This document shows positions 31,650 to 42,177 of a stretch of DNA of 64,000 nucleotides, piece by piece (position 1 is the stretch's first letter; every line of letters begins with the position of its first letter). Origin of the DNA: a virus (lineage: Duplodnaviria > Heunggongvirae > Uroviricota > Caudoviricetes); the IMG/VR virus record IMGVR_UViG_2693429768_000001, positions 12,099 through 76,098 of that record, one strand, 5' to 3'. Position numbers and translations under genes: made by a program. Below the pieces are notes generated by a model. That model was not told where the DNA came from, made no database searches, and saw only the letters and a list, made by a program, of their open reading frames with translations.

Positions 31650-31845
31650 AATAATAAATTAATTAGTGCATGTACGCTCTTTGTGGTAGTGCACTTTAAC
31701 ATCGGGAGAATAATCGTGTCATCCAAGGTTAATTATGAGTCGCTGGCATCGGTCATGCCGCGTAATGAACAGGAAACAGATGCTGTAGTGGACCCTGTAA
31801 TCGCTGAAATGAATGCTCGCCTGGAGGCTGAATTTGCAGCTGAGA

Positions 31846-32475
31846 ATGAACATACCACCCAGGGCGACTAGGACTGTTTTTTGTGTCGGTAGCGGTCCGT
31901 CACTCACTCGTGAGGACTGTGCTGCTATAGAAAAAACTGGCTGTTCAATCATCGCGGTTAACAATTCCTGGCAGATGTTCGATGACATTTATGCCTTATA
32001 CGCCGGTGATTTGTCATGGTGGAAGCAATACGGATCCACCATACCGGGAGGGAGATTCCGCAAAGTGACAGCCAACCTGGCGGCGGCGAAATCATTTTCG
32101 TTGGAGTACAGGCGATATTGTGGACCGGCGGAAGGGGTAAATAGCGGCGCGCAGGCTATCAGTCTGGCTGCTGAATCAGGGGCTGAAGTAGTGGTATTAG
32201 TCGGCTATGACTGTTCTCTGCAAAACGGCCTTCATTGGCATGGCGCGCACCCTCAAGCACTACGGAATCCAACGCAGGTGTCTATTTCAAAATGGCAACA
32301 GCAGTTCCTGGATACCCGCAAAAAACACGCAGATTTACATATTTTGAATGCAAGTAGGAGCAGTGCAATTCAATGTTTCCCAAGAATAAATTTAGAGGCA
32401 GTGATCGCGTTATTATCGTCGGCAGTGGCCCAAGCGCCGCAAACTTTGTTGCGCCGCGCGGAGTGCCGATTATAG
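31846..32475 (+). CDS. Uncharacterised protein, paralogue A of a tandem pair (GSGPS motif)
   Basis: N-terminal VFCVGSGPS and central NSGAQAISLAAESGAEVVVLVGYD align to the downstream paralogue; start chosen by alignment. Confidence 0.4.
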   Translation: MNIPPRATRTVFCVGSGPSLTREDCAAIEKTGCSIIAVNNSWQMFDDIYALYAGDLSWWKQYGSTIPGGRFRKVTANLAAAKSFSLEYRRYCGPAEGVNSGAQAISLAAESGAEVVVLVGYDCSLQNGLHWHGAHPQALRNPTQVSISKWQQQFLDTRKKHADLHILNASRSSAIQCFPRINLEAVIALLSSAVAQAPQTLLRRAECRL

Positions 32476-32999
32476 CGGTCAATGGGGCCATCGACTGGCT
32501 TAACCGCGCTTCTTATTTTTTCACCCTTGATCCATCCCCAGACAATATGCGGCGCGTTGGTCGTGGCCGCCGTCGCCGTGGTGTTTGTTATTGCATGGCA
32601 CTACCCGATGTTAAAGAACGTGAAGTCAGAGATGGCGTTCTGTGCTTCCGTCGTGTGGCTGAACGCGGCATGGAGCCAAAAAATACGAATTCTCCCGAGT
32701 GGTGGGCGTGGCGCTGGTCCGCACATTTCGGCCTTTGCGAAGATGAGAATGAAATTGCCAGCGGCAATAGTGCATATGGTGCTCTGAACCTGGCTTTCCA
32801 TATCGGATTCAAACATGTAGCTCTGGTGGGCGTTGACGCTACGCAAGAACTACGCGTTCACTCCGGCGGCACGCCAAAAAATCTAAGTCACCTGCCTTTG
32901 TTATTCCAGTCTGCGCGTGAACAGATTGACGTTGTTTCATGCGGGAAAATGGGAGGTATTCCGCAGATGACTCTTAAAGAATGGCTGAAGAATACATGA
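32373..32999 (+). CDS. Uncharacterised protein, paralogue B of a tandem pair (GSGPS motif)
   Basis: VIIVGSGPS and [24 protein letters not shown] align to the upstream paralogue. Confidence 0.4.
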   Translation: MFPKNKFRGSDRVIIVGSGPSAANFVAPRGVPIIAVNGAIDWLNRASYFFTLDPSPDNMRRVGRGRRRRGVCYCMALPDVKEREVRDGVLCFRRVAERGMEPKNTNSPEWWAWRWSAHFGLCEDENEIASGNSAYGALNLAFHIGFKHVALVGVDATQELRVHSGGTPKNLSHLPLLFQSAREQIDVVSCGKMGGIPQMTLKEWLKNT

Positions 33000-33673
33000 T
33001 GGCACCCACAATTTATCACCGTATCGACGGTACCAAATACAGGAATGTCTGGGTTGTTGGTGATCTGCATGGTTGCTACACCAGACTGATGTCCGAACTC
33101 CATCGTGTGGATTTTGACCCGGCGCAGGATTTACTGATATCGGTCGGCGACCTTATCGATCGCGGTACTGAAAATGTCGAATGTCTGGAACTATTGCAGA
33201 TGCCCTGGTTCAGGGCAGTGATGGGGAACCATGAGCGGTTGATGCTCGATGCGTTAAGTCCTGATGGCAACGTGAATAACTGGCTAATGAATGGCGGACA
33301 ATGGTTCTTCATGCTGGACACTGATCAGGAAATATTAGCCAGGGCGCTGGTGGAGCTGGTAAAGCGTCTGCCCTATATCATTGAGTTGAACACCGGGCAA
33401 GAAACTATCGTTATAGCCCATGCCGACTATCCGGATAATGAATACCAATTCGGTAAGGAGGTGCCGCTTTTCAACGTTGTCTGGGCGCGCGAGCGTATCA
33501 GTGATTCGATGGATGATATTGGTGGCGAAATTTCGGGCGCAGATCGTTTTATCTTTGGTCACACTCCGGTGAAAAGCCCGAAGACATTCTGGAATCAGCA
33601 GTATATCGACACTGGTGCCGTATTTTGCGGAAACCTGACATTGATGAAAGTGAAAGGTGATGGTGCAGCATGA
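32981..33673 (+). CDS. ppp: Ser/Thr protein phosphatase (lambda PPase family)
   Basis: Metallophosphoesterase motifs GDLHG, GDLIDRG, GNHE. Confidence 0.85.
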   Translation: MAEEYMMAPTIYHRIDGTKYRNVWVVGDLHGCYTRLMSELHRVDFDPAQDLLISVGDLIDRGTENVECLELLQMPWFRAVMGNHERLMLDALSPDGNVNNWLMNGGQWFFMLDTDQEILARALVELVKRLPYIIELNTGQETIVIAHADYPDNEYQFGKEVPLFNVVWARERISDSMDDIGGEISGADRFIFGHTPVKSPKTFWNQQYIDTGAVFCGNLTLMKVKGDGAA

Positions 33674-34371
33674 AGATTGCTTTAGTTTTTCGCTCTGGTG
33701 GTGACTATAACGCTTCCGATGTGCAGTGGCTGGTTAATCAACTGCCAAAAGGCTATGAAATTATTTGCCTGACAGACCTGAAGCGTTTACATGTACCTGG
33801 CGTCAAAGTTGTCCCATTGATCAACCAGTGGCAAAAGTGCCGTGGCTGGTGGGCGAAAATCGAGTTGTTCCGACCGGATATAACCGATGATCTGTTCTAT
33901 CTGGATTTGGACACGGTTATTGCCGGTGATATACGCCCAATCCTAGAGCATCCACCAACCAGCTTCACCATGCTTAGGGATTTTTACCATCCACAATATC
34001 GTGGCAGCGGTGCCCTGTGGATACCAAATAGTGTTAAAGCGCATATCTGGAGTGCATTCTGGCAAGATCCGGAAGGTTGGATTTCTCGTTGTGTCACTAC
34101 TGAGTGTTGGGGTGACCAGGGGTTCTTACGAAAGGTTATGGGCGATGATACACCAGCATTTCAGGATCTGTATCCAGGATGGTTTGTAAGTTACAAGGCC
34201 GATGTTGTGGAACCTGGTTCAAAATATGCGAGCGCGCGTTACTCCAGGGGGAATGGGGCATTACCAAAAGACTGCCGAATAATCTTTTTCCACGGCAAAC
34301 CGCGACCTCGCGAAGTGTCAGAGGATTGGCTTCCCCTTATCAGCTCATTTTTTGAGCGAGAATCAGAATAA
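33670..34371 (+). CDS. Hypothetical protein with DxD-type motif (possible glycosyltransferase-like), 233 aa
   Basis: YLDLDTV motif; no firm family assignment. Confidence 0.35.
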   Translation: MKIALVFRSGGDYNASDVQWLVNQLPKGYEIICLTDLKRLHVPGVKVVPLINQWQKCRGWWAKIELFRPDITDDLFYLDLDTVIAGDIRPILEHPPTSFTMLRDFYHPQYRGSGALWIPNSVKAHIWSAFWQDPEGWISRCVTTECWGDQGFLRKVMGDDTPAFQDLYPGWFVSYKADVVEPGSKYASARYSRGNGALPKDCRIIFFHGKPRPREVSEDWLPLISSFFERESE

Positions 34372-34372
34372 T

Positions 34373-34389
34373 ATTGCTCTAATAATTCC
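34373..34389 (+). promoter_or_regulatory. C1 operator-like 17-mer, first of an inverted pair
   Basis: attgctctaataattcc, 14/17; partner in opposite orientation at 34422-34438. Confidence 0.4.
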
Positions 34390-34397
34390 ATATTTTT

Positions 34398-34427
34398 AAA
34401 ACGTGATGTACACTCATCACGTTTTTT
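34398..34427 (+). terminator. Rho-independent terminator (aaaacgtgatg / catcacgtttt + T run)
   Basis: 11-bp stem including acgtgatg/catcacgt, followed by tttttt. Confidence 0.6.
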
Positions 34428-34672
34428 ATTAGAGCAATCTACAAGGTGCACTATGTGGCCATTCCGACGGAAATATCACTACTGGCTGATCGCCTTTGTT
34501 ACGCCGACCGGCGGTATCAGGCATGTCATCACCAGGTATCGCAACAAGAGACTCACCTTAGCCAGAATTTTACAGGCTGCCATAGGTGAGGGACTGGATA
34601 CAAATTGCGTAGTCCTTCCTCCTTCATACTTAGGAAAAATGACCGAAGCACAAGCTAATACGGAACTTTGAA

Positions 34673-35935
34673 ATGAGCACTTCAGCACAAAACCAATCAA
34701 TCGAAAATGTATGTATCCCTGATGTCCTGAATGCCGGTATCCCGGCCATTATCCAGAACATCCGGGCCGCGCAACGCCGCGTTAGTTGTGATGACCTCAC
34801 AGCACGTTTTTTTGATAATGCGGTTCAGTCAGCGGAGATGCTTCACGCACAGCTTATTGATGTTTATAACGCAGAAGCTGATAGCCATAACTCCCTGGTA
34901 GATGCAGCTGAAAATATGCAGTTGGATCTCGGTCTGAAGGGTAAAGAAATTGAAGAGCTTCAGCTGGAAATTGAACATTTGAAACGCCAGCAACAGGACG
35001 CGATCGACGATGCGACGCATGACGCCAACCAGCGTGCTGATAATGCCGAACGTATAAGCATTGAGCTGGAAACAAAACTCAATGAAATGACCGCGATGGT
35101 TGAACTGCGGAACTCACAGATTTCAACGCTAAAATCTCAATATAAAGAGATCATGAAACTTGATCCTTTTAACCTTGAGAAACGCTATAACAAAGCTAAA
35201 AGCGAGCGACAGGAACTGCGTAAGCAGGTCGCCGACCTTAACCAACAGCTCAAAAAAACTATTAAAGATGCAAGCGAGGCGCGCGTGGCATTTGCTAATA
35301 AAAAAGCAGAGGTTACCGCGCTGGTTAATGAGAATGCCAAATTTGCGACGCTCAAGAAGGAAATGTATGGCATTACTGAGCGCCGTTTCCCTGCAAGCAA
35401 ACTTCATCCGACGTTAGGGCAAATCTCCTTCTTCCCGCGCCTCCTGGCTTATGGGATCTCATCGCCTAAAGAGTTCAATAACGAGCGTCCTTATATCGTT
35501 TCTAAGCTGGACTTTGCTTATCAGTTCTGCTGCGACATGGGCTATGCCATTGATATCCGAATCAACGAATGGTTGATGCCAAACTTCCAGCCGTTGGCAA
35601 TTTTCCGCGAGTTCCAGCCGGAAGGTTGGGTAGAGTTCTTCCATGAATTGATCTGTAAAGAGATGGAAAGCCGTCGCCCGGAATTGGTCCGTCGAGTTGA
35701 GTGGGCGCAAGAGGTTATGTTGGCAGATGCAGAGCTGCCGTTCGAACCGGAATTCATTGATGATCTGGCAACTAAAGGGCTGCATACCCTGTTTGATGTG
35801 GTTACCCGCCGTCATGAGCAGTTGGTTGTCGAATTGGGTTTAGAGGAAACTGCGGCAAGAAGACTTCTCGATGTTTGCTATGCACGTAGCGATGCATGGG
35901 AAAAAGAGAACGGCGGCACTATTTACGTTCGCTGA
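34673..35935 (+). CDS. Hypothetical protein with long central coiled coil (420 aa)
   Basis: ORF; heptad-rich region about residues 80-220. Confidence 0.4.
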   Translation: MSTSAQNQSIENVCIPDVLNAGIPAIIQNIRAAQRRVSCDDLTARFFDNAVQSAEMLHAQLIDVYNAEADSHNSLVDAAENMQLDLGLKGKEIEELQLEIEHLKRQQQDAIDDATHDANQRADNAERISIELETKLNEMTAMVELRNSQISTLKSQYKEIMKLDPFNLEKRYNKAKSERQELRKQVADLNQQLKKTIKDASEARVAFANKKAEVTALVNENAKFATLKKEMYGITERRFPASKLHPTLGQISFFPRLLAYGISSPKEFNNERPYIVSKLDFAYQFCCDMGYAIDIRINEWLMPNFQPLAIFREFQPEGWVEFFHELICKEMESRRPELVRRVEWAQEVMLADAELPFEPEFIDDLATKGLHTLFDVVTRRHEQLVVELGLEETAARRLLDVCYARSDAWEKENGGTIYVR

Positions 35936-36007
35936 TAGTTACAGTGTCACTTTTAATGCTGGTGGAGTGCTCCCACCAGCATTTTTTTCGTCCAATGAGG
36001 AGGGCAT

Positions 36008-36514
36008 TTGAGTATTTTCAATAAACACGCACACCAGGAACGTCCGTATATCGTCATAGTTGATATTGATGGAACAATATCAGAGGCAACTGAAGACAGA
36101 CTGCATTTGCTTCCGCCACCAGGTAAAGGTGCATTAACAAAGGACTGGAACGAGTTTAATCTCGCCTGTGACACTGATACTCCCATAACTCCAGTTATTG
36201 ATATTGTGCGCCAGTTATTTAACGTTTACACGGTCTGGTTTGTAACCGGGCGCTGTGAGATCGCAAGGGATAAAACACGCGCCTGGCTGCGGAAGCACGT
36301 AACAAACGGGGCTGAGCCTTTGCTATCTATGCGTCCTGCCACCGATGACAGAAATGATGGTCCAGCAAAGATTGATCTCCTTAAGAAAATTGGTCTAAGT
36401 AAAATCGCGTTCGCGCTGGAAGATAAGATTGAAGTGGCGCGTGTTTTCAGGAGGCACGGCGTACTCACATTAATGGTCAGGGAGTATGAAAATGCGCTTC
36501 TTCATCAACAATAA
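36008..36514 (+). CDS. HAD-superfamily phosphatase-like protein (P1 pap position), 168 aa
   Basis: HAD motif I VIVDIDGTI. Confidence 0.5.
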   Translation: MSIFNKHAHQERPYIVIVDIDGTISEATEDRLHLLPPPGKGALTKDWNEFNLACDTDTPITPVIDIVRQLFNVYTVWFVTGRCEIARDKTRAWLRKHVTNGAEPLLSMRPATDDRNDGPAKIDLLKKIGLSKIAFALEDKIEVARVFRRHGVLTLMVREYENALLHQQ

Positions 36515-36530
36515 TTGCTCTAATAAATCT
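36514..36530 (+). promoter_or_regulatory. C1 operator-like 17-mer (attgctctaataaatct)
   Basis: 16/17 to consensus, overlapping the preceding gene's stop. Confidence 0.5.
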
Positions 36531-36612
36531 TGATTTTTAAAACAGAGAAAGTGAAAATAAAAACATGCCGCAAGGCGCGGCATGTATCCAATCAATCACA
36601 GGAGCTGAAAAT

Positions 36613-36699
36613 ATGAACACGGCATTCAAAATCATTATGGCCGCGATCTATTTCTGGCTGTTCTCTATCACTTTTGGCGGCATCGTCGCGCATGGGTAA
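36613..36699 (+). CDS. Small hydrophobic peptide (28 aa)
   Basis: MNTAFKIIMAAIYFWLFSITFGGIVAHG; SD GGAG 8 nt upstream. Confidence 0.3.
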   Translation: MNTAFKIIMAAIYFWLFSITFGGIVAHG

Positions 36700-36709
36700 A
36701 GGGGGATGC

Positions 36710-37291
36710 ATGAAAGGCGAAGTGAAAGAGCGCGGCATGATTTTCAACGATGAGATGGTCCGGGCAATTCTTGGTGGGCATAAAACACAGACTCGCAGGA
36801 TTGTTGAAGAAAAATTCTATGGACGGGCAGTGGCCGTAGAGTTGCTTGCTAAGCATTGTCCATATGGTCAACCGGGCGATCGTATTTGGGTTCGCGAAAC
36901 CTACCGGGTACATGGCAAAGCGACGGACGTCGCAACGCTGGTTTATCGCGCAAGCGTGCGTAACTCCTGGACAGAACAAACGCACCGGGTTCCGGTCGAG
37001 GTTTGTAATAAACCAGTATCAGAAAAGTGGACGCCATCAATTCACATGCCGCGCTGGGCATCGCGCATTCTTCTGGAAATTACCAACGTGCGCGTTGAGC
37101 GGTTGAACGATATCAGCGAATGCGATGCAAGGGCTGAGGGCGCACCAACAGAATCGACCCTCATTGGCGATAAGCATTACCCAGGTTTCCGTAGCCTATG
37201 GAAATCAATTTATGGCGAAGATAGTTGGAACGCTAATCCTTGGGTGTGGGTAATAGAGTTTGAGCGTATTCAGGGGGCAACCAGTGAGTGA
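36710..37291 (+). CDS. Hypothetical protein (193 aa from SD-supported ATG)
   Basis: ORF with SD AAAGGGGG. Confidence 0.4.
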   Translation: MKGEVKERGMIFNDEMVRAILGGHKTQTRRIVEEKFYGRAVAVELLAKHCPYGQPGDRIWVRETYRVHGKATDVATLVYRASVRNSWTEQTHRVPVEVCNKPVSEKWTPSIHMPRWASRILLEITNVRVERLNDISECDARAEGAPTESTLIGDKHYPGFRSLWKSIYGEDSWNANPWVWVIEFERIQGATSE

Positions 37292-37544
37292 GTCAAAATG
37301 CCAAATTAATGGCAACAAGATAGAACCGTGCGCGGCGTTGGCACAATCCCTGGAGCATGACGCTGAATACACGACGCGAAAAGGTCTGCTGAAATACAAA
37401 ATCTATAACCATGAATTAATTCATTCACAAGACCTGATCATGCTGCGGTCTGGTGAATTTTCTAAATCGCCTATTCGAGTTTCATTTTGCCCGTTCTGTG
37501 GTGAAAGTCTGAAAACGTGGGAAGCGGAGGCAACCAGTGAATAA
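37284..37544 (+). CDS. Small protein with C-terminal CxxC (start uncertain)
   Basis: ORF ending ...SFCPFCGESLK. Confidence 0.25.
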   Translation: MSESKCQINGNKIEPCAALAQSLEHDAEYTTRKGLLKYKIYNHELIHSQDLIMLRSGEFSKSPIRVSFCPFCGESLKTWEAEATSE

Positions 37545-38181
37545 CCGCTTTTACATGATGTGCTTGCGTGAAACTGTGGGTAATAACGCCTCATTCCATT
37601 GCCATAACGGCAATGGTTACAGTTCTGATATCGATCGCGCACATGTTTACACGCTGGAAGAAGCCCAAAAAGCCTGGAATTGTGGGCGAGATATCGATCA
37701 GCCTGTTTGTGCCGATAGTGTGGATGCAATGGCTGTGTGGCACGTTGATTGCCAGTACATCCCTACAGAAAGCCTGATTGAGTCAGATTGCACTGCGTAT
37801 GTGGCCTACAAAAAAGGTAGCTGGAACGGCAACGATGTTTACTGGCTTCAACACGGTGGATTGCCAACAGATGACTTCAGTAAAGCGACCATCTTTAGCG
37901 TCGCCAACAAAAACGAACCAGGAATAGTTTGGTTGCCATTTTCCATTGCTGATGCAGCAATGCGTCGGACGTTCAATATCAATAACTTTAACCGCAGAAC
38001 AATGGTTCAGGGCGCAGGTTTGGTCATGCCTGACTGGTTGGAAGAGCAGAACAGAAGAAAGAAGTCGCGAAGCGGGAAGGTGCGTTGGAATTGTCCGCAT
38101 TGCGGAAAAATAACCTGGCAGTACAGCCCATATGATTTTGAAGGCTGTAGTGATTACAACTGTGAAGGATGGCGAGAATGA
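37537..38181 (+). CDS. Hypothetical protein (214 aa), GTG start
   Basis: ORF with SD GGAGG; C-terminal CPHCG...C cluster. Confidence 0.35.
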   Translation: MNNRFYMMCLRETVGNNASFHCHNGNGYSSDIDRAHVYTLEEAQKAWNCGRDIDQPVCADSVDAMAVWHVDCQYIPTESLIESDCTAYVAYKKGSWNGNDVYWLQHGGLPTDDFSKATIFSVANKNEPGIVWLPFSIADAAMRRTFNINNFNRRTMVQGAGLVMPDWLEEQNRRKKSRSGKVRWNCPHCGKITWQYSPYDFEGCSDYNCEGWRE

Positions 38182-38870
38182 CAATTGACTATCAGGTACT
38201 GCGTGAGGCGGCAGAAAAGGCAACACCAGACGAATGGGTCGCATTTATTTCGACGGAGACTGGTACTTATGCGGTGCACACGCCCGGTGATGAACGATGT
38301 GAAGACGTTATCAAATGGACCGGCTTTGATGGACAGAAAAATGCAGAGAACAACGCTCGTCATGTTGCCGCGTTCAACCCAAAGGTTGCACTGGAGCTGC
38401 TTGGTGAAATTAAGTGCCTGGAGGACACAAATATTGATGCTATGTGTCGAATTGCAGAGCTTGAGACTAATCTCGCGGCGCTGGTGGCAGAGAACGCCGG
38501 GCTGAAACACGCAATGGCCGTAACTCTTGAGCATGTGTCGGTCACGGATGCAGGGCAGGCCGGAGTTGCTGCAATGATTATCAACGATGCCCTGCACCAC
38601 AGCGAAACTCCAGCTACCGATGCTTTTCTAGCTGAAGTGAAGACTGAAGCACGCAAGGAAGGCGCTTATTTTGTGGCGAACAGAATGTTGGCAGCCTGGA
38701 AAGCTGGTTTTATTGATGATACTGCGAAGAACGCTGCGGATATTGCCCGGATGATTCTTACCTCTACTGAGTTTATGGCCAATGCGCCGGAAGGCGATTT
38801 TGACCGTTCATTCTCTGATGGCGTTCTCGAAGATATCGCCGAACAGCTTCGTAAAGGAGTCATCCAATGA
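38169..38870 (+). CDS. Hypothetical protein, paralogue of the next gene
   Basis: N-terminus MARMTIDYQVLREAAEKA parallels MSKIDYQKLREIAEKT of the next ORF. Confidence 0.4.
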   Translation: MARMTIDYQVLREAAEKATPDEWVAFISTETGTYAVHTPGDERCEDVIKWTGFDGQKNAENNARHVAAFNPKVALELLGEIKCLEDTNIDAMCRIAELETNLAALVAENAGLKHAMAVTLEHVSVTDAGQAGVAAMIINDALHHSETPATDAFLAEVKTEARKEGAYFVANRMLAAWKAGFIDDTAKNAADIARMILTSTEFMANAPEGDFDRSFSDGVLEDIAEQLRKGVIQ

Positions 38871-39574
38871 GCAAGATTGATTATCAAAAGCTTCGTGAAA
38901 TCGCTGAAAAAACAAAAATTGCTGGTGAAGCACCTGTAATGCCTTTCGATCAGCGAATTAATGCGCTTAACGATTTTATGAAGCACTTTTCGCCAGATAT
39001 CGCGCTGGCATTGTTGGATGAACGGGAAAGAAACCTGCAATACATCAAAAGCCGCGATCAGGAGAACGAGGATATTGCGCTAACGGTAGGGAAGCTGCGT
39101 GTTGAGCTTGAGGAAGTAAAACAACACGCTGAAGAATTATCAGAAACCAACGCTGTTCGTAACCAATGGCGGCCAGATATTTGCCCAATAACCGGACGTG
39201 CATTTTTTATGTGGATTGAGCATCCGACATTAGGAAATGTGCCGACGTACGGTGGCCCATTAGACAGTTACACCATTCCAACAAAGGACGGTGACGGTGA
39301 GTTTTCATGTGAGCGTTACGATCATGATTTTGGCGGTTGGGTAGAAAGCGAATGTCTTGGGTTATATCTGATTGATGATAGAGAACAATGCAGGGTCTAC
39401 GAACTGGAGGAACGCGTTAAGGAACTGGATGCTCGGGAAATAACGCTCCCGGAACGTAGCAGCATGCTTCATCGAACAGATTTTCACGATGATTACCAAA
39501 CGGTAATGGCATACAAAGTTTCTGAAGTCATCGATGCAATCCGCGCTACTGGCATTCGCATCAAAGGAGAGTGA
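38867..39574 (+). CDS. Hypothetical protein, paralogue of the previous gene
   Basis: Shared N-terminal module with the 38169-38870 ORF. Confidence 0.4.
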   Translation: MSKIDYQKLREIAEKTKIAGEAPVMPFDQRINALNDFMKHFSPDIALALLDERERNLQYIKSRDQENEDIALTVGKLRVELEEVKQHAEELSETNAVRNQWRPDICPITGRAFFMWIEHPTLGNVPTYGGPLDSYTIPTKDGDGEFSCERYDHDFGGWVESECLGLYLIDDREQCRVYELEERVKELDAREITLPERSSMLHRTDFHDDYQTVMAYKVSEVIDAIRATGIRIKGE

Positions 39575-39575
39575 T

Positions 39576-40091
39576 ATGGCGCTAACACACCGCGAACTCT
39601 GTCAGATTGCGTACAAGTTCCTTAAGCGCAACGGGTTCAAGGTTTGTTTTCATGACCGCTTTATAGCTGTAACCAGTACCGGAGAACAGCCAGATGCTAT
39701 GGGATTCAGAAATTCAGCATCATGCCTGATAGAGGCGAAGTGTTCTCGTGCTGACTTGTTGGCAGATAGAAAAAAGCGTTTTCGTAAAAATCCGTCTCTT
39801 GGAATGGGCGACTGGCGATTCTTTATTAGTGAGCCGGGAATTATTTCAATTGAGGATTTACCACCTGGCTGGGGATTACTTCACGTTGTTAACGGAAGAG
39901 TACGGAAAGTACATGGGTGGCCCAAGGGTAATTGCTGTTGGGGTAATCCTGACGATAAGCCATTTACTGGAAATAAGCAGGTTGAATGCGATTACATGTT
40001 ATCTGCATTAAGGCGCATGGAGTTGAGAGGGCACCTTAATGAAATATATGACGGTGTAATTGTTAATAAGAAAGAAGGAAACGCGGCATGA
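39576..40091 (+). CDS. PD-(D/E)xK nuclease-like protein (MmcB-like)
   Basis: Motif QPDAMGF...LIEAKCS; SD AGGAGA. Confidence 0.4.
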   Translation: MALTHRELCQIAYKFLKRNGFKVCFHDRFIAVTSTGEQPDAMGFRNSASCLIEAKCSRADLLADRKKRFRKNPSLGMGDWRFFISEPGIISIEDLPPGWGLLHVVNGRVRKVHGWPKGNCCWGNPDDKPFTGNKQVECDYMLSALRRMELRGHLNEIYDGVIVNKKEGNAA

Positions 40092-40474
40092 TCACTATTA
40101 CCAAAGAGCGACTACTGACAATCAAGCAGTGGCGCGAAACATACGGACCTGATAGCAACGTTGTACTGCCAGCAGAAGAAGCGGAAGAACTGGCGCGGAT
40201 TGCGCTGGCATCACTGGAAGCAAAACCAATAGGTGCATTCCACATTGCAGAACAGCAAGTTGACGGCACAAGTGACTACCTCAAGGATGGAGAATGGCCT
40301 ATTGATAATGGAATTATTGAGGTCTACGCCGCTCCACCCGTTCCAGTAGTACCGGAAGAAAAACCAATGCCTAATCCTCTTAGCATGTACGCGGTTGATG
40401 CTGTTGCCGCTATTGCAGAGGTGAGAGGCTGGAATGCCTGCCGCGCGGCTATGCTTCATGGGAAAGGAAAGTGA
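40088..40474 (+). CDS. Hypothetical protein (128 aa)
   Basis: ORF; shares the motif ELARIALASLEA with the 40907-41812 ORF. Confidence 0.35.
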   Translation: MITITKERLLTIKQWRETYGPDSNVVLPAEEAEELARIALASLEAKPIGAFHIAEQQVDGTSDYLKDGEWPIDNGIIEVYAAPPVPVVPEEKPMPNPLSMYAVDAVAAIAEVRGWNACRAAMLHGKGK

Positions 40475-40906
40475 TATGGCTAACTCATTACTTGAAACCT
40501 GCAACAACTGGCAGATTCAGAGGGCGGAGATTTTATCTCGCAATCCAGATATGGCAATGACAATCGATAATCTGGATACGCTAATTGAACGTACCGTGCG
40601 TTCTGCAATTGATATAGCACGTCGAGTTGACTGGGATTTCAGAGAAGCGGAGCGGCTTGCTAAAGAGCAGGAGAAAGCAGCGGGTAAAGGAGACTGATAT
40701 GGATAAAAACACCACTGCTTACTGGAATCTGTCACTTGATACCGAATGCCCAAAATGCGGTCACAATTTCGATCTGCTTTGTGATGCTGATTTCTGGGAG
40801 TTTTCTGGAGCTAAACAGGCATGTGAAGAAATAAAAGGTTACGAAACATGCTGTCCAGAATGTAACCATGAATTTAAAACAGATTTCGTGTATTGAGGCA
40901 TAACAA

Positions 40907-41812
40907 ATGACCACTATTACCAGAGAACAGGCACAGAAAATTATTGAAGCAGCCGATGAGGTTATTAGTGCGCTGGCCGGAACTAACGAGGATGTTCACC
41001 CTGGTAGCGATAACATGCTACGCCTGTGGGATGACCTGAATGACCGTTACGCGCCGCCGGAAGTTGTGCGTGAGCTGGCGCGTATCGTGCTGGCATCGCT
41101 GGAAGCAGAACCAGTTGCTTATATTTTCAAACATCCGGCCGGGAAATTATTCTGGGCTTTAACGGATGAAAGCAATAAAGAGCAAGCGGACGTTATTCCT
41201 GTTTATGCTGCCGCGCCTGCGTCGGTTGTGCCGGATGATGCATCAGGGGCGCTTGCTTATGCTTACAAAGAGCTTACGCCTGAGATTATGCGCGGTCATA
41301 TCGCTGTATTCGAGCGATATGGAATAGCCCCAAACGATAGCATTACCACAATTCAGGCACTGCGAATCGCGCTGGATGGCATAGAGCGGAGCGACGCCAT
41401 GCTTCATGGTGCCGAAACTGTAAGCCAAACTTACAAGTTGCCTCCCCTGTCATCCAGCGAAGTAAACGACGCGGCATGGAAATTACACAACATGCTGACT
41501 GAACACGGCCTGCTAAATGGGCGTCAGTTCAACAATCTGAAAGGTTGCTTCTATGAGGCATTAAAGGTCGCAATGCGCAACTATCCGGCAACTCCGGATA
41601 GTTGGATAAGCTGTAGTGAGCGAATGCCGGATACCAAAACAGCCGTTCTTGTTGCCGTGGAGTTTGACAGGAAAGGTGACTGGCGAATGAAATGGGCGAC
41701 TTACATCCCGGGGCATCCTGACGCTAATGATGGGTGGATAATTCCTGGTGCGTCGTGGAAACCGTCACACTGGATGCCGCTACCAGAACCGCCGCAGGAG
41801 GTGAATCAATGA
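40907..41812 (+). CDS. Hypothetical protein (301 aa)
   Basis: ORF; repeated VVRELARIVLASLEAEP module. Confidence 0.4.
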   Translation: MTTITREQAQKIIEAADEVISALAGTNEDVHPGSDNMLRLWDDLNDRYAPPEVVRELARIVLASLEAEPVAYIFKHPAGKLFWALTDESNKEQADVIPVYAAAPASVVPDDASGALAYAYKELTPEIMRGHIAVFERYGIAPNDSITTIQALRIALDGIERSDAMLHGAETVSQTYKLPPLSSSEVNDAAWKLHNMLTEHGLLNGRQFNNLKGCFYEALKVAMRNYPATPDSWISCSERMPDTKTAVLVAVEFDRKGDWRMKWATYIPGHPDANDGWIIPGASWKPSHWMPLPEPPQEVNQ

Positions 41813-41892
41813 GCTGGCCTGAAGCATTCACCACGGTAGGAATTGTGATGGCGGCAGCACTGGGTTTGTATTCAATTTGTCGCTGGTGGTAA
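41809..41892 (+). CDS. Small hydrophobic peptide (27 aa), ATGA-coupled to the upstream gene
   Basis: MSWPEAFTTVGIVMAAALGLYSICRWW. Confidence 0.25.
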   Translation: MSWPEAFTTVGIVMAAALGLYSICRWW

Positions 41893-42177
41893 CGATGGGA
41901 AAAATAACTTTTGTAGTCGAATTTGAGGATGGCAAAGAGCCACCTGTTAGCGCCAATCTTGATGTTGCTGGTGGCAGGCTTGTTTCGGTTCTATTTGGTG
42001 ACTACCGAGATGATTTCTTCCAACCAGAAGAAGTTGATGTAGTGCGAGAAGCATTAAATGAGCTAAGTGTTGATAACGATGATGCTCATGCGGAAATCAT
42101 CAAAAAAATGGAATTGCTAACTTACTAAATTATTAATTTGTAGTGCCATCATCTATAACACCGATAGGAATTGAACG

